A stretch of 63,936 bases of DNA, filler included, from Octopus bimaculoides (lineage: Eukaryota): the NCBI RefSeq assembly GCF_001194135.2. It is 8 parts of 7 records of this genome, joined end to end, with 100 filler letters (N's around TTAATTAATTAA, not from the genome) between each part and the next. Parts side by side here need not be neighbours in the genome. Positions count along the whole stretch, not along the records: positions 11,290 to 33,635 come from NC_068989.1; 7 more parts are not named here. One strand, written 5' to 3'. Below the pieces are notes generated by a model. It worked only from the letters and a program-made list of their open reading frames with translations, had not been told where the DNA came from and did not search any database. Position numbers and translations under genes: made by a program. Shown here in pieces: positions 11,837 through 26,095 of this stretch (positions within the stretch are counted from its first letter, which is position 1; every line of letters begins with the position of its first letter).

Positions 11837-14800
11837 NNNNNNNNNNNNNNNNNNNNNNNNNNNNNNNNNNNNNNNNNNNNNNNNNNNNNNNNNNNNNNNN
11901 NNNNNNNNNNNNNNNNNNNNNNNNNNNNNNNNNNNNNNNNNNNNNNNNNNNNNNNNNNNNNNNNNNNNNNNNNNNNNNNNNNNNNNNNNNNNNNNNNNNN
12001 NNNNNNNNNNNNNNNNNNNNNNNNNNNNNNNNNNNNNNNNNNNNNNNNNNNNNNNNNNNNNNNNNNNNNNNNNNNNNNNNNNNNNNNNNNNNNNNNNNNN
12101 NNNNNNNNNNNNNNNNNNNNNNNNNNNNNNNNNNNNNNNNNNNNNNNNNNNNNNNNNNNNNNNNNNNNNNNNNNNNNNNNNNNNNNNNNNNNNNNNNNNN
12201 NNNNNNNNNNNNNNNNNNNNNNNNNNNNNNNNNNNNNNNNNNNNNNNNNNNNNNNNNNNNNNNNNNNNNNNNNNNNNNNNNNNNNNNNNNNNNNNNNNNN
12301 NNNNNNNNNNNNNNNNNNNNNNNNNNNNNNNNNNNNNNNNNNNNNNNNNNNNNNNNNNNNNNNNNNNNNNNNNNNNNNNNNNNNNNNNNNNNNNNNNNNN
12401 NNNNNNNNNNNNNNNNNNNNNNNNNNNNNNNNNNNNNNNNNNNNNNNNNNNNNNNNNNNNNNNNNNNNNNNNNNNNNNNNNNNNNNNNNNNNNNNNNNNN
12501 NNNNNNNNNNNNNNNNNNNNNNNNNNNNNNNNNNNNNNNNNNNNNNNNNNNNNNNNNNNNNNNNNNNNNNNNNNNNNNNNNNNNNNNNNNNNNNNNNNNN
12601 NNNNNNNNNNNNNNNNNNNNNNNNNNNNNNNNNNNNNNNNNNNNNNNNNNNNNNNNNNNNNNNNNNNNNNNNNNNNNNNNNNNNNNNNNNNNNNNNNNNN
12701 NAATCAAAAATCTTTGATCATTTTGTTTTTCTTTTATAACACAAATTATTAGCATTTTTTTATATTTAAAGCAATGCTATATTAAACACATCTTTCCCTC
12801 ATTGTATACAATAAAGCATTTATACCATCATGTGTTTTTGTATCTGTGAGTAACTGACAACCAAATTTCATTTTGTCGTTTTCCTTTTCACAATCTATTT
12901 TTCCGTTTTTACAATTTATTTTTATAATGTAAACTTAATGTAAACTAATATTACACGAAACAGAAAAAGACAAAAAAAATTATTTTATGGTAAGATAAAG
13001 TTGGTCATTTTTCTTTTCATAATGGTTTTCCTGTACGGCGGTAACTCGCAGAATATCTATATTTCATTTTTGTCAAGTAATTTTTTTGCTTGCAATTTTC
13101 GCAATAATTTAAAATTGGATATTGGCCTTCATAGGAGTTAATATGATTGTTTTCGCACTTGACACTTAAATTTCAGTCCAGTGAGATATGACTATTTGTC
13201 CAATAGTTTAATAAGTTGCATGCATAAAAACTCCGTCATGCACAACACAAAAGTATTGATTTAAAGACCCTGGGAGCTTGTATATACAGAAGTCGCTGGA
13301 GAAGCTCGATACAACAGTCAAATCCATTACCACACAAAACTTTATAATGACTTTAAAATAGGTATCAATGTCTTAAATACTATGACAAGAAATCTTTATG
13401 AACTATGTTGGAACAGTGTGATTATTCACTTAATCATCTCCTCTTGTCCATAGTTCCACCCAAACAGACCTACCCTTGGGTATTCAGAAACAAGAACAAG
13501 AACAAGAACAAGAACAAGAACTCTATTACGCGTACTGTCGGTCGCACAATCACAGTCTTAGTTATATAGTGAAGCAGTGTTATTTGAAATAGCCTTGTTA
13601 TCAGTTCTGAAGTCCGTCAACTTCCAGAATACACACAGGCACACACACATATGTGTACGTATATATGTGCGTAATTATATANNNNNNNNNNNNNNNNNNN
13701 NNNNNNNNNNNNNNNNNNNNNNNNNNNNNNNNNNNNNNNNNNNNNNNNNNNNNNNNNNNNNNNNNNNNNNNNNNNNNNNNNNNNNNNNNNNNNNNNNNNN
13801 NNNNNNNNNNNNNNNNNNNNNNNNNNNNNNNNNNNNNNNNNNNNNNNNNNNNNNNNNNNNNNNNNNNNNNNNNNNNNNNNNNNNNNNNNNNNNNNNNNNN
13901 NNNNNNNNNNNNNNNNNNNNNNNNNNNNNNNNNNNNNNNNNNNNNNNNNNNNNNNNNNNNNNNNNNNNNNNNNNNNNNNNNNNNNNNNNNNNNNNNNNNN
14001 NNNNNNNNNNNNNNNNNNNNNNNNNNNNNNNNNNNNNNNNNNNNNNNNNNNNNNNNNNNNNNNNNNNNNNNNNNNNNNNNNNNNNNNNNNNNNNNNNNNN
14101 NNNNNNNNNNNNNNNNNNNNNNNNNNNNNNNNNNNNNNNNNNNNNNNNNNNNNNNNNNNNNNNNNNNNNNNNNNNNNNNNNNNNNNNTATATATATATAT
14201 ATATATAGCGAAAATTTTCGATTAATTTACTTTGATCTGTGTGTCTTCAACAACCATTTCTCTGATTAGCATCTATTTTGTCGCTTTGCATGAGAGTTGT
14301 AAAATATCGTCACAAGAAATGTAGCATTGATAACGTTTCTAATTGAATTTGACTGTATAGTATTGTGGTGCTACAGTGTGCATTCTGTGCAGTAACACAT
14401 TGCTTTAAGGTGGTAATAGCTATCCAGATACGTTGATATACAATATATGCGTATATCAGCTTCAATATCACACGTAACACGGTGAGTTTATTATGGATGT
14501 GTATGATTTATTACCTACTGTGATAATATTCACGTACTGTTGTTTGAATAACGATATCTCTCCTTAACGGTTTATTGTATTATACTGTAGTGTAGTGATA
14601 TCTTATCCAACGAAGTGAAATGCTGTATGCAACAGTGCAGTCACAAAAATTGATACAGGTGCGTGAGATATTGCATACACTGTAACAAGATGTTATCTAT
14701 ATGTATTTAAAAAAAAATCATACGCTAGAATAAAATGGATTTCCATCTGATTCGACGAGTAAGATTCTGTTGTTGGATCTACTGAATTACCTGCTCAATG

Positions 14801-15104
14801 ATTTACCGTGTGATTGAGTATTCCACGGACGCATGTACCCTTAATGTATTTCTCAGGTAGGAAAAATGTGAGCATAGTGTGTGACTGACAAGGCCGTACC
14901 TTTGAATTAAAAGGGAAAAATCCATTCGACAAGTTTCCACACAGTTTTCTTCTACTCAATTTCATTCACAAAATTTAGGTTGATTCTAGGGAATGATATA
15001 AGACATGCTATAGGTATCACGCAGTGGGATCGAATCGTGGACCTCGTGATTGCAAAGCGAGCTCCTTAATCATTCGGCTGTACTGCCTCTACAGTACAGC
15101 ACAT

Positions 15105-15480
15105 AGAAAAATCATATATGCTATACAACAATACATACAAAATACTAAGAGTATAACAGCTCTAAATATCAAATGATTGCGCACAGTACAAACAATTATC
15201 ATATGCTTGAGTACAGTAACGGATTCAAGTATCATATATTCTATAGTGCATTCAAGTTTCATATACTATAGAGTAGCATATTCCAGTATCATAAGTTACT
15301 GTACAATATATTAAATATCATATAGCTACAGTACATTCAAATATGATACGTTATTGTACAATAGGAAGATATAGGCAAATAGATTACTTCATATCACATA
15401 CTACTTAGAATATAACAGTACATGATGCCAATAATATATCGCCAAAATACAATGAAAGCTTATAAACTGAAATAGCTATA
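15105..15480 (+). repeat. Old degenerate ~27-32-bp minisatellite (tatcatatatgctacagtacattcaa-like)
   Basis: atcatat and cagtac/tgtac motifs recur at roughly 30-bp spacing. Confidence 0.55.
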
Positions 15481-16384
15481 ACAATATAGTACTCTACATT
15501 TGTGATATAAAACAGAGTACAGCAGGAAGAAACCGTCTAAAAAAGCTGTCGTAGTATCAGTTGTTACTTTTTGTTGTCCAGTAATTCTATAGAAATCAAA
15601 GAATGATACTGTTTATGATAAATGGTTGATATTCTGTCGTATTTAATGTTTCCACAAGCATTCGTTGCTAGTGGCATTGATTGAGGAGACGTATGATCAA
15701 AAACATTTCAGTCGTAACCATCCCTTCAGTTTATATTTAAGATTACATTGTCCAATGCGTCCTTCTGTTTTTTTAAAACGACAGAGTGTGAGTTGATGGA
15801 ATTTGCTGTTATTTCTAGTAAATCAAGCGACTACTTAGCTGCCTTCTCATTACTTTGTCAATATCTTAACAAGTCTACCAACTGAATGGTGTAGATTTGT
15901 ACTTTTTTCTGCTAGCATAGAGAATTAATGGGGTTATGTTGGAGATTATTGGCAATCAATTTCCTCTGATAAGTCTGGCTGTGTTGCATGTTCGATTCTT
16001 AGCCAAGTCATTTCCCTTTATTTAATATTTACTTTTTCTTTGCGAGTTCGTGCCCAGTAAAGAATGGAGCTTATGGGAATGACTTTTTAATCGAAATATT
16101 AGTTGTTCGAACGACACTTTAAGGGGTCGGGACGTATTTCATCGTTCATAGAAGCGTTGAGACGTCAAAATAGATATTAAATGAAACGAATCATTCGGTT
16201 AGGGCAGTGACGTGATGAAAAAATACCAAATCGGCAGATTACTTGGCACACATATTTCTCTACTGCGTTCTGCTAATGTTTCTTGAGTTCTTTACAGTTA
16301 TTCACAAAGATTGGTTGTTTTCGGCTTTGGGATTCAAAATTCGACAGTAGCTGCTCCGTGTAATTGATTAGAATGGACGAAGAC

Positions 16385-16424
<40 letters not shown>

Positions 16425-17302
16425 TGTTGTGAGAGAACGAGAATGTATTTATGTGTGTAAGAGGGTAAGAAAATGGAGAAAAGATTAATAAAACAAGCAA
16501 CAGACACATATATGTATCTAAGTGTATATGCATGTGCACGAATATATATATATGCATACAAGCATACATGCATATATACATACATACACNNNNNNNNNNN
16601 NNNNNNNNNNNNNNNNNNNNNNNNNNNNNNNNNNNNNNNNNNNNNNNNNNNNNNNNNNNNATATATATATATCTTTGCAAGTGAGTGGACAAACGAAAGA
16701 GAAAGGCACTCAACACAGGTAGTAAGAATTACATTATTATTTAAAACAGCTTGATTCGGCTCCATATGATTTAAAGTTTCGCTGGCTTCTAACAGAAACT
16801 TAGCTCGTTCAAGCTCAGATTACATTAATCTGTTAGAAGCCTGCGGAATTTAGGTCGCATAGAATTGAATCAAACTGTTTTAAATGAAAATAATAATGAT
16901 AATAATATCTGTCATACAAGGAAAACTTTATAACAGATTGCGTTATAAAATAATCGGAGATTGTGCAATATTCATAAATAACCCTTAAGATTTACAATGG
17001 ACTCCCGACGGTATTATGTATCAGTGGCCATGACCAAACAGTAGTTATGATCATTGATATCATAGCACTGTCTGGAGTCCATTATATACACATTTGAAAG
17101 TGTTTCACAATCTCTGATGATTTGATAATGGAACCTGCTTAAAAGGTTTTACTTATATAATAGATATTATTAATGAAATATGCGCAGGATGACAAATAAT
17201 TGACGAAAAATCTTTCATGTTTTTTCCTTCTCTCCCTCCATCTCTGTGTGTGTATGTGTGTGTATGTGCGTGTGTGTGTGTATATATGTATGTATGTGTC
17301 TA

Positions 17303-17353
<51 letters not shown>

Positions 17354-18303
17354 TTATATATATATATCCATATACAGACATACATACGCACATATATACA
17401 TAAATACATATATATATATACATGGTGCATATATCTACGTGTGGATGCTTTTAATCATCAACACAAGATTTCTTTTTTGATCGGGTTATATTTTTAGTGA
17501 GTTGTTATGACGTTGATTCCATTTTGAGGTCATAGACAACATATTATTTACAGTAGAGAAATTACGAGAGGTTATGACGTCAATATATTAACAATGGAAG
17601 TGAAGTGACTTGACTTTCATCAGCAATCACTGCTATAACATAGAGAAAGATCACCAGAAGATTACCTGTTGGTGTTTGATGGTTCTCCCACCTATATTTC
17701 AAACATTAATTACGTTTTCGGACTTGGAAAAAGTTCACATGTTGTTTACGTGAGAGGAAATTAGTTGCTGTTATGTTCAAGCTTCCGAGAAGTTTAGCGA
17801 TGCGAAGGTGGCGTGAAGTTTGCTTTACAACAAGAGGAATGAAATCTTTTCACAGATCTGGTCTATTGCTCTTCATATCAATTATCCATTATTGAAATAT
17901 TGATTCCACATGAGCAGTCAGAAAAGATGGAAAGCCATGATTTGAATTAATTTAACCATTGTACAGGAATGCTGATTTAATTGTGGCATTGTTTTTCAAT
18001 TGATTTTCAAAACTCCCGGCCAGATTCTTTCATAACGTCGCGTATTCAATTCTCCATAGTAAATAATAGTGATCGCCATGAAGTTAGAAACTATCATATT
18101 ATAATACTGGAAACAATCACCATGATCACCATCATCGTTGTCGTCATCACCTTTATCATCATCATCATCATAATCTCGATCTTGATCACATTCATCAACC
18201 GTACCATCAGCCCTCCACGCCTCGTGCGTTTCATGTCTGCTGTACTGCGGTCACCTCTCGAATTCACATGAAAAGAATGCTACTGCTGCCGTTATTGCTG
18301 CTG

Positions 18304-18340
<37 letters not shown>

Positions 18341-18350
18341 NNNNNNNNNN

Positions 18351-18395
<45 letters not shown>

Positions 18396-18649
18396 ACGTG
18401 GTGACCTAAATTACCCTATTTGTATCTATAGCTAGTGAACTGGACCGGCGAAAAATTGTTTTGACCATGAATACAACACAAAATTCGAACAACTAATCTT
18501 TTTAATTCAAACGTCTGTGCCTCTCATTATGTAGTAATATACCACTACTATACTATACTATACTATACTATACTATACTATACTATACTATACTATATAT
18601 ATATATATATATAATATAGTAGTATATATACTACTATAGTAGAAAACAT

Positions 18650-19075
18650 CTATCTTTTCATTCATCGTTTTACTTGTTTCAGTTATGCTGGGCCACTGCT
18701 TTGTAGAATTTTAGTCACACAAATTGATCTCAATACTTATGTTATAAAGCCTGGTACTGATTTTATCAGTCTTTTATGTCGAACTGCTACGTTATAGGAT
18801 CGTAAACATACCAACACTGTTGTCAAGCAATGGCGGGCGACAAACACTGGTACAAAGATACACACACTCACACATACACGTACACACACTCACACACACG
18901 TTCGCACACACATATAGAACTGTCTTTCAGATTCCGTCTACCAAATCCATTCACAAGCCTTTGGTCGCACCGACGCAATAGTGGAAGACGTTTTCCCGAG
19001 GTGCCAGGCAGTAGGACTGGACCTGGAACGATGTGGCTGGGAAGTAAACTTGTTACCACACAGCCCTGCCTGCAT
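18650..19075 (-). mobile_element. SINE family A copy
   Basis: Reverse complement of the family A head, body and tail. Confidence 0.8.
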
Positions 19076-19130
19076 GTGTATGTATGTATGTATGTATGTA
19101 TGTATGTTTGTATGTATGTATGTATGTATG

Positions 19131-19162
<32 letters not shown>

Positions 19163-21369
19163 ACGTGTATGTGTCTGTGGGTATGCCACCACTATATACA
19201 GTAGTTTTATAACACCACTTAAAATAATATATTTATTTACATTGTAATATATCTAAAGAATATTTATATTATTATCACTGTCATATAATTGAGAACTGAG
19301 TTTTTAGATTTAAATATATCAAATTTCTGGCAATATCACGTGTTATTTCCCAATGTAGGTCTTTATGAGTTGTTTGCTAAAATACTTCTTCGCTTCGAAT
19401 AAAACAGTTGCAAGTGCGAAGCGTTAACCGTCTGAATGGACAAACTATTTGTACGTCGAATATTTATTAATCTATTGTGAACGAGTTCATTACTATTCTC
19501 CATTACTTTGTATTAAGTGTTCATAATTAGTTGTTGTTATGGAGCCCTGGGATCCCTCCTGTTCAAACAAGACAAATAACATTGTGGTAGCTGATCAAAC
19601 ATCTGAGTTTGTTTACTGATCGAGCTGACTTGTTTGTTGTGTCAACAGTGACACTATTGTAATTGTTATTAATGAAGGGGCATGACCTAGTAGTTAAGGA
19701 TGTTCGGCTCATGATTATAACGTCATGGGTTCAATTCATGGGCCGGACAGCGCGTTGTATCCTTGGGCAAGGCACTTCATTTTATGTTGCTGCGGTCCAC
19801 TCAGATATAAATGAGCACTAGTCGTTTGCTGTCAGGCCCTATCTCCCTCCAGTAGTCACATCCTAGATGTTCCACCGGGTCAAGCATGACCTCACATAGG
19901 CATCTAAAACAATTAACGAAAGCATGGTACATATTACCAAGCCATAACCTGCTCTTTTTCGACACCTTGCTGTACTGGCCGACCTGTAATTTCTGTTGTT
20001 ATTAAGGGAAATAAGAGACGTAGCGATGACCCTGAAGGCACACTAACTCGTTTAGACGATACATTAAAATGTTTAGTTTTATTTCGCTTTCTGTGATCAG
20101 ATCTCACCGGAGTTGACTTGGCACATGACTACCTTGGAGGTTGTGAAATTGAATTCTACGAATATATTGGAGTTCGGTTTAATCAACTATAACGCAATTG
20201 TTTAAGACACTGTCTTGGTTATCCAATGAAAAGTGGTTTGTATCATTAATGGGAAATACTGTGGCAGTTGTAAATTACTCCATGCATTACTGTACCACGC
20301 GAAATTAGTAGACAGCGTTGCTGAGACGAACGAGAGTTCACGATACCGTTGTTGGCCTTTTTGTGGCGTGACGATATTAGGAGCGGAACAAAATGTTTGC
20401 TTGATGGGTCAAATGGGGTGATTGTATAACACGTATGAAGGAACTGATAATGATGGTTGAGGAAATACAAGATCGCTAATGTTTGATAGAAAAGTAAGTA
20501 ATTCAAACAGTAAGAAGAAACAAACGAGCGAAAATCTGGAGAATCTGAAGCATCTGCGAAGAAACATCAAATCCTTTGACTCACTAAACCACGATTCCTC
20601 ACAATTTTTCAGACTCACGCTAGACAACGATTTCTGGCATTATTTGTCATTCAGTGGTGTCACAGAGTTTGAGGAAACCTGCAGAGGTCTCTGGGTGCAT
20701 GTAAAAACTCAGTTCGCAAACACCTGGTTCTGGGATCGAGCTCTTTTGCGTAGCACCGTGGGCAAGTAGTTTCTACTATAGTTCCATTCTGTGGAATACC
20801 GTAAGCGAAAATGTGTCGAAGCATTTCCTATATATATGTAACTAGTAACCTTGATTGGCCTTCGCAGTCCGAGAATATTAAAAATAAAACTAACAGTCTC
20901 TACTCGGCTTGTCGGTCGGATGATACTAAAGATATACTTAATAACTTTCACCGGGCTTCAAGGTTGGTTCATCGGTACTAAAAATTAAAAAAACCCCCAA
21001 AACAAAAGCAAACAAAAGGATTTAATACAGCATTGAGACATATTTCAATATCAGCGGTATTAAATAATCAATGAGGCTTTTTGTGTCTTCTAGGACTGTC
21101 TTAGTACTACATGTGTCACCACGGCGGTCCTTAAACTGTAGTAAACAGCAGTTCCACCAATGTTTTGGTTGTTTATTTTATTCAATAAAACCCAAACCAG
21201 ACAGTAACAGAACACTCGTACAACATCTGATAATAATCGCAATTGACACCAGTAACTATCAATGGTAGTAGTAGCAGCAGTAGTAGTAGTAGTAGTAGCA
21301 GAAGCAGGAGCAGCAGTAATTCCCCACCCCACTCGACATGTTATTTGTCGCCCGGAACCCTTATTTATG

Positions 21370-21410
<41 letters not shown>

Positions 21411-22479
21411 GAAAATGATGATTATTAAAATTAGTAGTAGTAGTTTAAGTACTAATAGCAGAAGCAGTAACAGTAGTGGTGGCAGTAGTAGTAGCAGTAG
21501 CAGCAACAGCAGTATGTCTTCCATAGATTATGCACCATTCTCTAACTGGACTGATATTTCTCGCTATTTCGATTTGTTTCATAAGCTGTTGTTTTTGGAG
21601 GGGAATGGAGGGGTGGAGGAGATGTTGCTGTTGTGGTGAGGATGTAATCTTATTATTGCTATTGTTGTTGTTGTTGGAGAGTCAATATCAATATTTATTT
21701 TGAAGAATGTCCCGTTAATTTATTCAAACAAATCGATTCCACTGTTTCACCATTGCCTTAACGTTAAAAGAGCCGGGATATTTCTTATCATCATCTTCAT
21801 CATCATCGACATCATCATCGTTATCATCACTATCATCATCACCATCACTCCTCCTCCTTTTCCTCCGCCTCCTCCTCTTCCTCCACCTCCTTCTATTCTC
21901 CTCCTCCTGCTCCTCCTCATTATCATCACTACCAACATCAGTAGTGACATTACGCCATGAACATTTCAGTCTTTTAACATTCTTTTGTAGCATTCGTTTA
22001 TACTCTGGCGATAACATCGTTTTTCTTCTTCTTTTATATCAATTCCTCCCTTTCTATAAAAGCTCCTGTTGTTCATAGTTAGGCTTAAAACGAAAAAAGA
22101 GGTAAACAAGCCTTAAAACGGGGATTTGTTTAATCCACAATATGGAGAACACGTTGCAAGTGGGAGGTTTCAACCATCTCAGGAAACAAGCAGTTGTTTG
22201 TAACAATACTTTATAAAAATGATGTGCTCTTTAGTAACCATCACGTATGTATATTGGCGGTAAAACCATTAACTACAGCATTTCCTCTTGTCCGTCTGTC
22301 AGTTTCTCTCTCCATGCTAGCATACACACACACACATGTATATACCATAGATAATATGTACGAATGTAGATATGTATATATATATGTGTATATGCATATA
22401 TGTGTACATACTTACAGTATATATATATATATGTATGTATGTATAAATATATTGTATATATATATGTATACATATATTG

Positions 22480-22517
<38 letters not shown>

Positions 22518-23081
22518 NNNNNNNNNNNNNNNNNNNNNNNNNNNNNNNNNNNNNNNNNNNNNNNNNNNNNNNNNNNNNNNNNNNNNNNNNNNNNNNNNNN
22601 NNNNNNNNNNNNNNNNNNNNNNNNNNNNNNNNNNNNNNNNNNNNNNNNNNNNNNNNNNNNNNNNNNNNNNNNNNNNNNNNNNNNNNNNNNNNNNNNNNNN
22701 NNNNNNNNNNNNNNNNNNNNNNNNNNNNNNNNNNNNNNNNNNNNNNNNNNNNNNNNNNNNNNNNNNNNNNNNNNNNNNNNNNNNNNNNNNNNNNNNNNNN
22801 NNNNNNNNNNNNNNNNNNNNNNNNNNNNNNNNNNNNNNNNNNNNNNNNNNNNNNNNNNNNNNNNNNNNNNNNNNNNNNNNNNNNNNNNNNNNNNNNNNNN
22901 NNNNNNNNNNNNNNNNNNNNNNNNNNNNNNNNNNNNNNNNNNNNNNNNNNNNNNNNNNNNNNNNNNNNNNNNNNNNNNNNNNNNNNNNNNNNNNNNNNNN
23001 NNNNNNNNNNNNNNNNNNNNNNNNNNNNNNNNNNNNNNNNNNNNNNNNNNNNNNNNNNNNNNNNNNNNNNNNNNNNNNNNN

Positions 23082-23115
<34 letters not shown>

Positions 23116-23668
23116 CGTATAAATGTTGCTGCAGTTAAGGTAATACAACTGCTTAACTGATGATAGCTACACACGTCCACAGTTGTCGCCTTGTCCTCAG
23201 AAAATAAAACTGTCTTTTCCTTAACGGTACATCAGTTGTAGAGAATTCTTGCTTCAAGAATTATTTTCTGCCTCTTTTCGTTTGGCGCTGTTCCAATTGC
23301 AACCAAGCAATTGTTCTACCATTCATCGAAGCCAACCTAATTTCGATAAATCAAGAATACCTCTTGTATGGTATTTCACGTAACCTCATTAGACTTTGCT
23401 ATTCAAATACATAGGCCAGTCTGAGACATTTCATTTACATATCAATGCATGTATACATGTATATAAGACCTTTCTAGACTTCTCCATTTGAGGTTCCCGG
23501 GATGAACATACGCACACGATCATATAGATAACCCCACCACACTTATACATACATACATATACAAACCCCCTACACTTATACATACATATACATACATCTT
23601 TCTCTGTCAGTCGCTATCACACATACGCACACACGTACGCACACACGTACGCACACACGTACACACAC

Positions 23669-23726
<58 letters not shown>

Positions 23727-24123
23727 NNNNNNNNNNNNNNNNNNNNNNNNNNNNNNNNNNNNNNNNNNNNNNNNNNNNNNNNNNNNNNNNNNNNNNNNNN
23801 NNNNNNNNNNNNNNNNNNNNNNNNNNNNNNNNNNNNNNNNNNNNNNNNNNNNNNNNNNNNNNNNNNNNNNNNNNNNNNNNNNNNNNNNNNNNNNNNNNNN
23901 NNNNNNNNNNNNNNNNNNNNNNNNNNNNNNNNNNNNNNNNNNNNNNNNNNNNNNNNNNNNNNNNNNNNNNNNNNNNNNNNNNNNNNNNNNNNNNNNNNNN
24001 NNNNNNNNNNNNNNNNNNNNNNNNNNNNNNNNNNNNNNNNNNNNNNNNNNNNNNNNNNNNNNNNNNNNNNNNNNNNNNNNNNNNNNNNNNNNNNNNNNNN
24101 NNNNNNNNNNNNNNNNNNNNNNN

Positions 24124-24164
<41 letters not shown>

Positions 24165-24246
24165 TATATACATACAATATATTGATAGAAATGGCAAGAC
24201 AACAAAAGAATGAAAGAGACCTCGATATTACGTAAATAGAGGAATT

Positions 24247-24401
24247 TATCTGTAAAAATAATGTGACAATTATTCGGTAGGCATGATAAAACTCCGAGTT
24301 TCGGATGTCGGGGCGGAAACCCACGCCGGCATCTCTTTAGTTATCAAACTCGGAATTTTATCATGGGTACCGAATAATTGTCACATATTATATTTACAGA
24401 T
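24247..24401. repeat. Inverted repeat (~55-bp arms) flanking the 5' half of the hammerhead; resembles an inverted pLTR fragment of a Penelope-like element
   Basis: tatctgtaaaaataatgtgacaattattcggtaggcatgataaaactccgagttt (24247-24301) is the near reverse complement of aaactcggaattttatcatgggtaccgaataattgtcacatattatatttacagata (24347-24401). Confidence 0.8.
24284..24346 (-). ncRNA. Type I hammerhead ribozyme of a second family with a G5>A core mutation
   Basis: Minus strand: UGAUAA CUAAAGA GAUG(CCGG...CCGA)CAUC C GAAAC U-CGG-A GUU | UUAUCA. Stem I is 6 bp, stem III closes on GAAAC/GUU, and the core is CUAAAGA instead of CUGAAGA. Confidence 0.72.
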
Positions 24402-25685
24402 ATATATATATATATATACGATATATATGTTATATGTATATACGTTAAGAGAATATATTCTCCTTGATACGCTTGGTAGTTAAAACACCTCGAAGATATA
24501 CCTAGGTCCCATTCAGGAGCGATGGAAATCATGTTGTCTCGTGTTCGAAAAATATGTATATATATATATATATATAATGCTTTCCTCATTAAAACAGAAA
24601 CGAAATTTCATATGTGTGTGTGTGTGTGCGCGCACGCGCATATCTGAGTGTGTGTGAGAGTATAATAATAATAATGATAATAATAATAATAGTAATAATA
24701 ATAATAGTAATAATAATGATAATGAAAATGATAATAATAATAATACTATTATCATTATCGTTATATATATAATTATATATAATTATATATAATCATTATT
24801 ATGCTATAATTATTATACCTCAACAAATATTATACTTATAGATCAATAAATATTATTTATTACTTGTCTGATTGTTTTGAAAGTAATATGGGAATATAAA
24901 CTGGCTGTTTCCTACTGTCTATAACGCAACCTACGTGAAAATATAAATTGAGTCGATAATTAGATCGTTGTGTGATACATTCTCACGAGTCAAAGATTAC
25001 TTTGACAATCTGTATAAGCATAATTCCATATACTTTTACGCATTCACGCATCACGTGCACGAACATATACACTCATACACATATGTACATATATATATGT
25101 GTGTGTCTGCATATGAGCGCGCTCACACATCTATATATGCTAACGGTCACCCGTATAAACACTCACACTAACTCTCATACACATGCTCACATCCCTCATC
25201 ATTCCTCCCACAAAGAACGCCTATCTTTCTAATTACATGCTTATTCATATCAATATATGTGATGATGTCTATATATATATAAGAATATATAGACATGGTC
25301 ACAATGGGAGCAGGAAAATGTTAATGTACTTAGTGAGACTTGATCTCACATACAACATATTTCAGCCGACTGGTGTACCGCTAATATACTGGATGACTGA
25401 TTAATTCGTTAATTCATGAATCAGGTTAAGACGTATTAAACTTCTTCGATGTGTGAGGAATCTTCACTCTCTAAATAGTACTAGATAAGCAGTATATATA
25501 TATATATATATACATGTATATGTATATATGTACACACACACACGTGNNNNNNNNNNNNNNNNNNNNNNNNNNNNNNNNNNNNNNNNNNNNNNNNNNNNNN
25601 NNNNNNNNNNNNNNNNNNNNNNNNNNNNNNNNNNNNNNNNNNNNNNNNNNNNNNNNNNNNNNNNNNNNNNNNNNNNNNNNNNNNN

Positions 25686-25718
<33 letters not shown>

Positions 25719-25747
25719 TATATATACGTGTGTGCAACGTATATATA

Positions 25748-25779
<32 letters not shown>

Positions 25780-25912
25780 CATGTATATGTATATATGTAC
25801 ACACACACACGTGTGCATATGCAAAATAGCACTGAGGGGGGGAGTGTATTTACACAAATTATTGATTTTGGAATATAAATGTATAAATACTACTCACTTT
25901 ATACATACATGC

Positions 25913-25948
<36 letters not shown>

Positions 25949-26095
25949 ATATATATTCAAATATATATTATGTGCATATATATTTTCATGCATATTCATA
26001 TGTATATACATATATATGCATATGTATTTTATACAATATAAATATATATGTGTATGTATGTAGGTTTACGCTTATTACTATCATCTTTACAGAGC

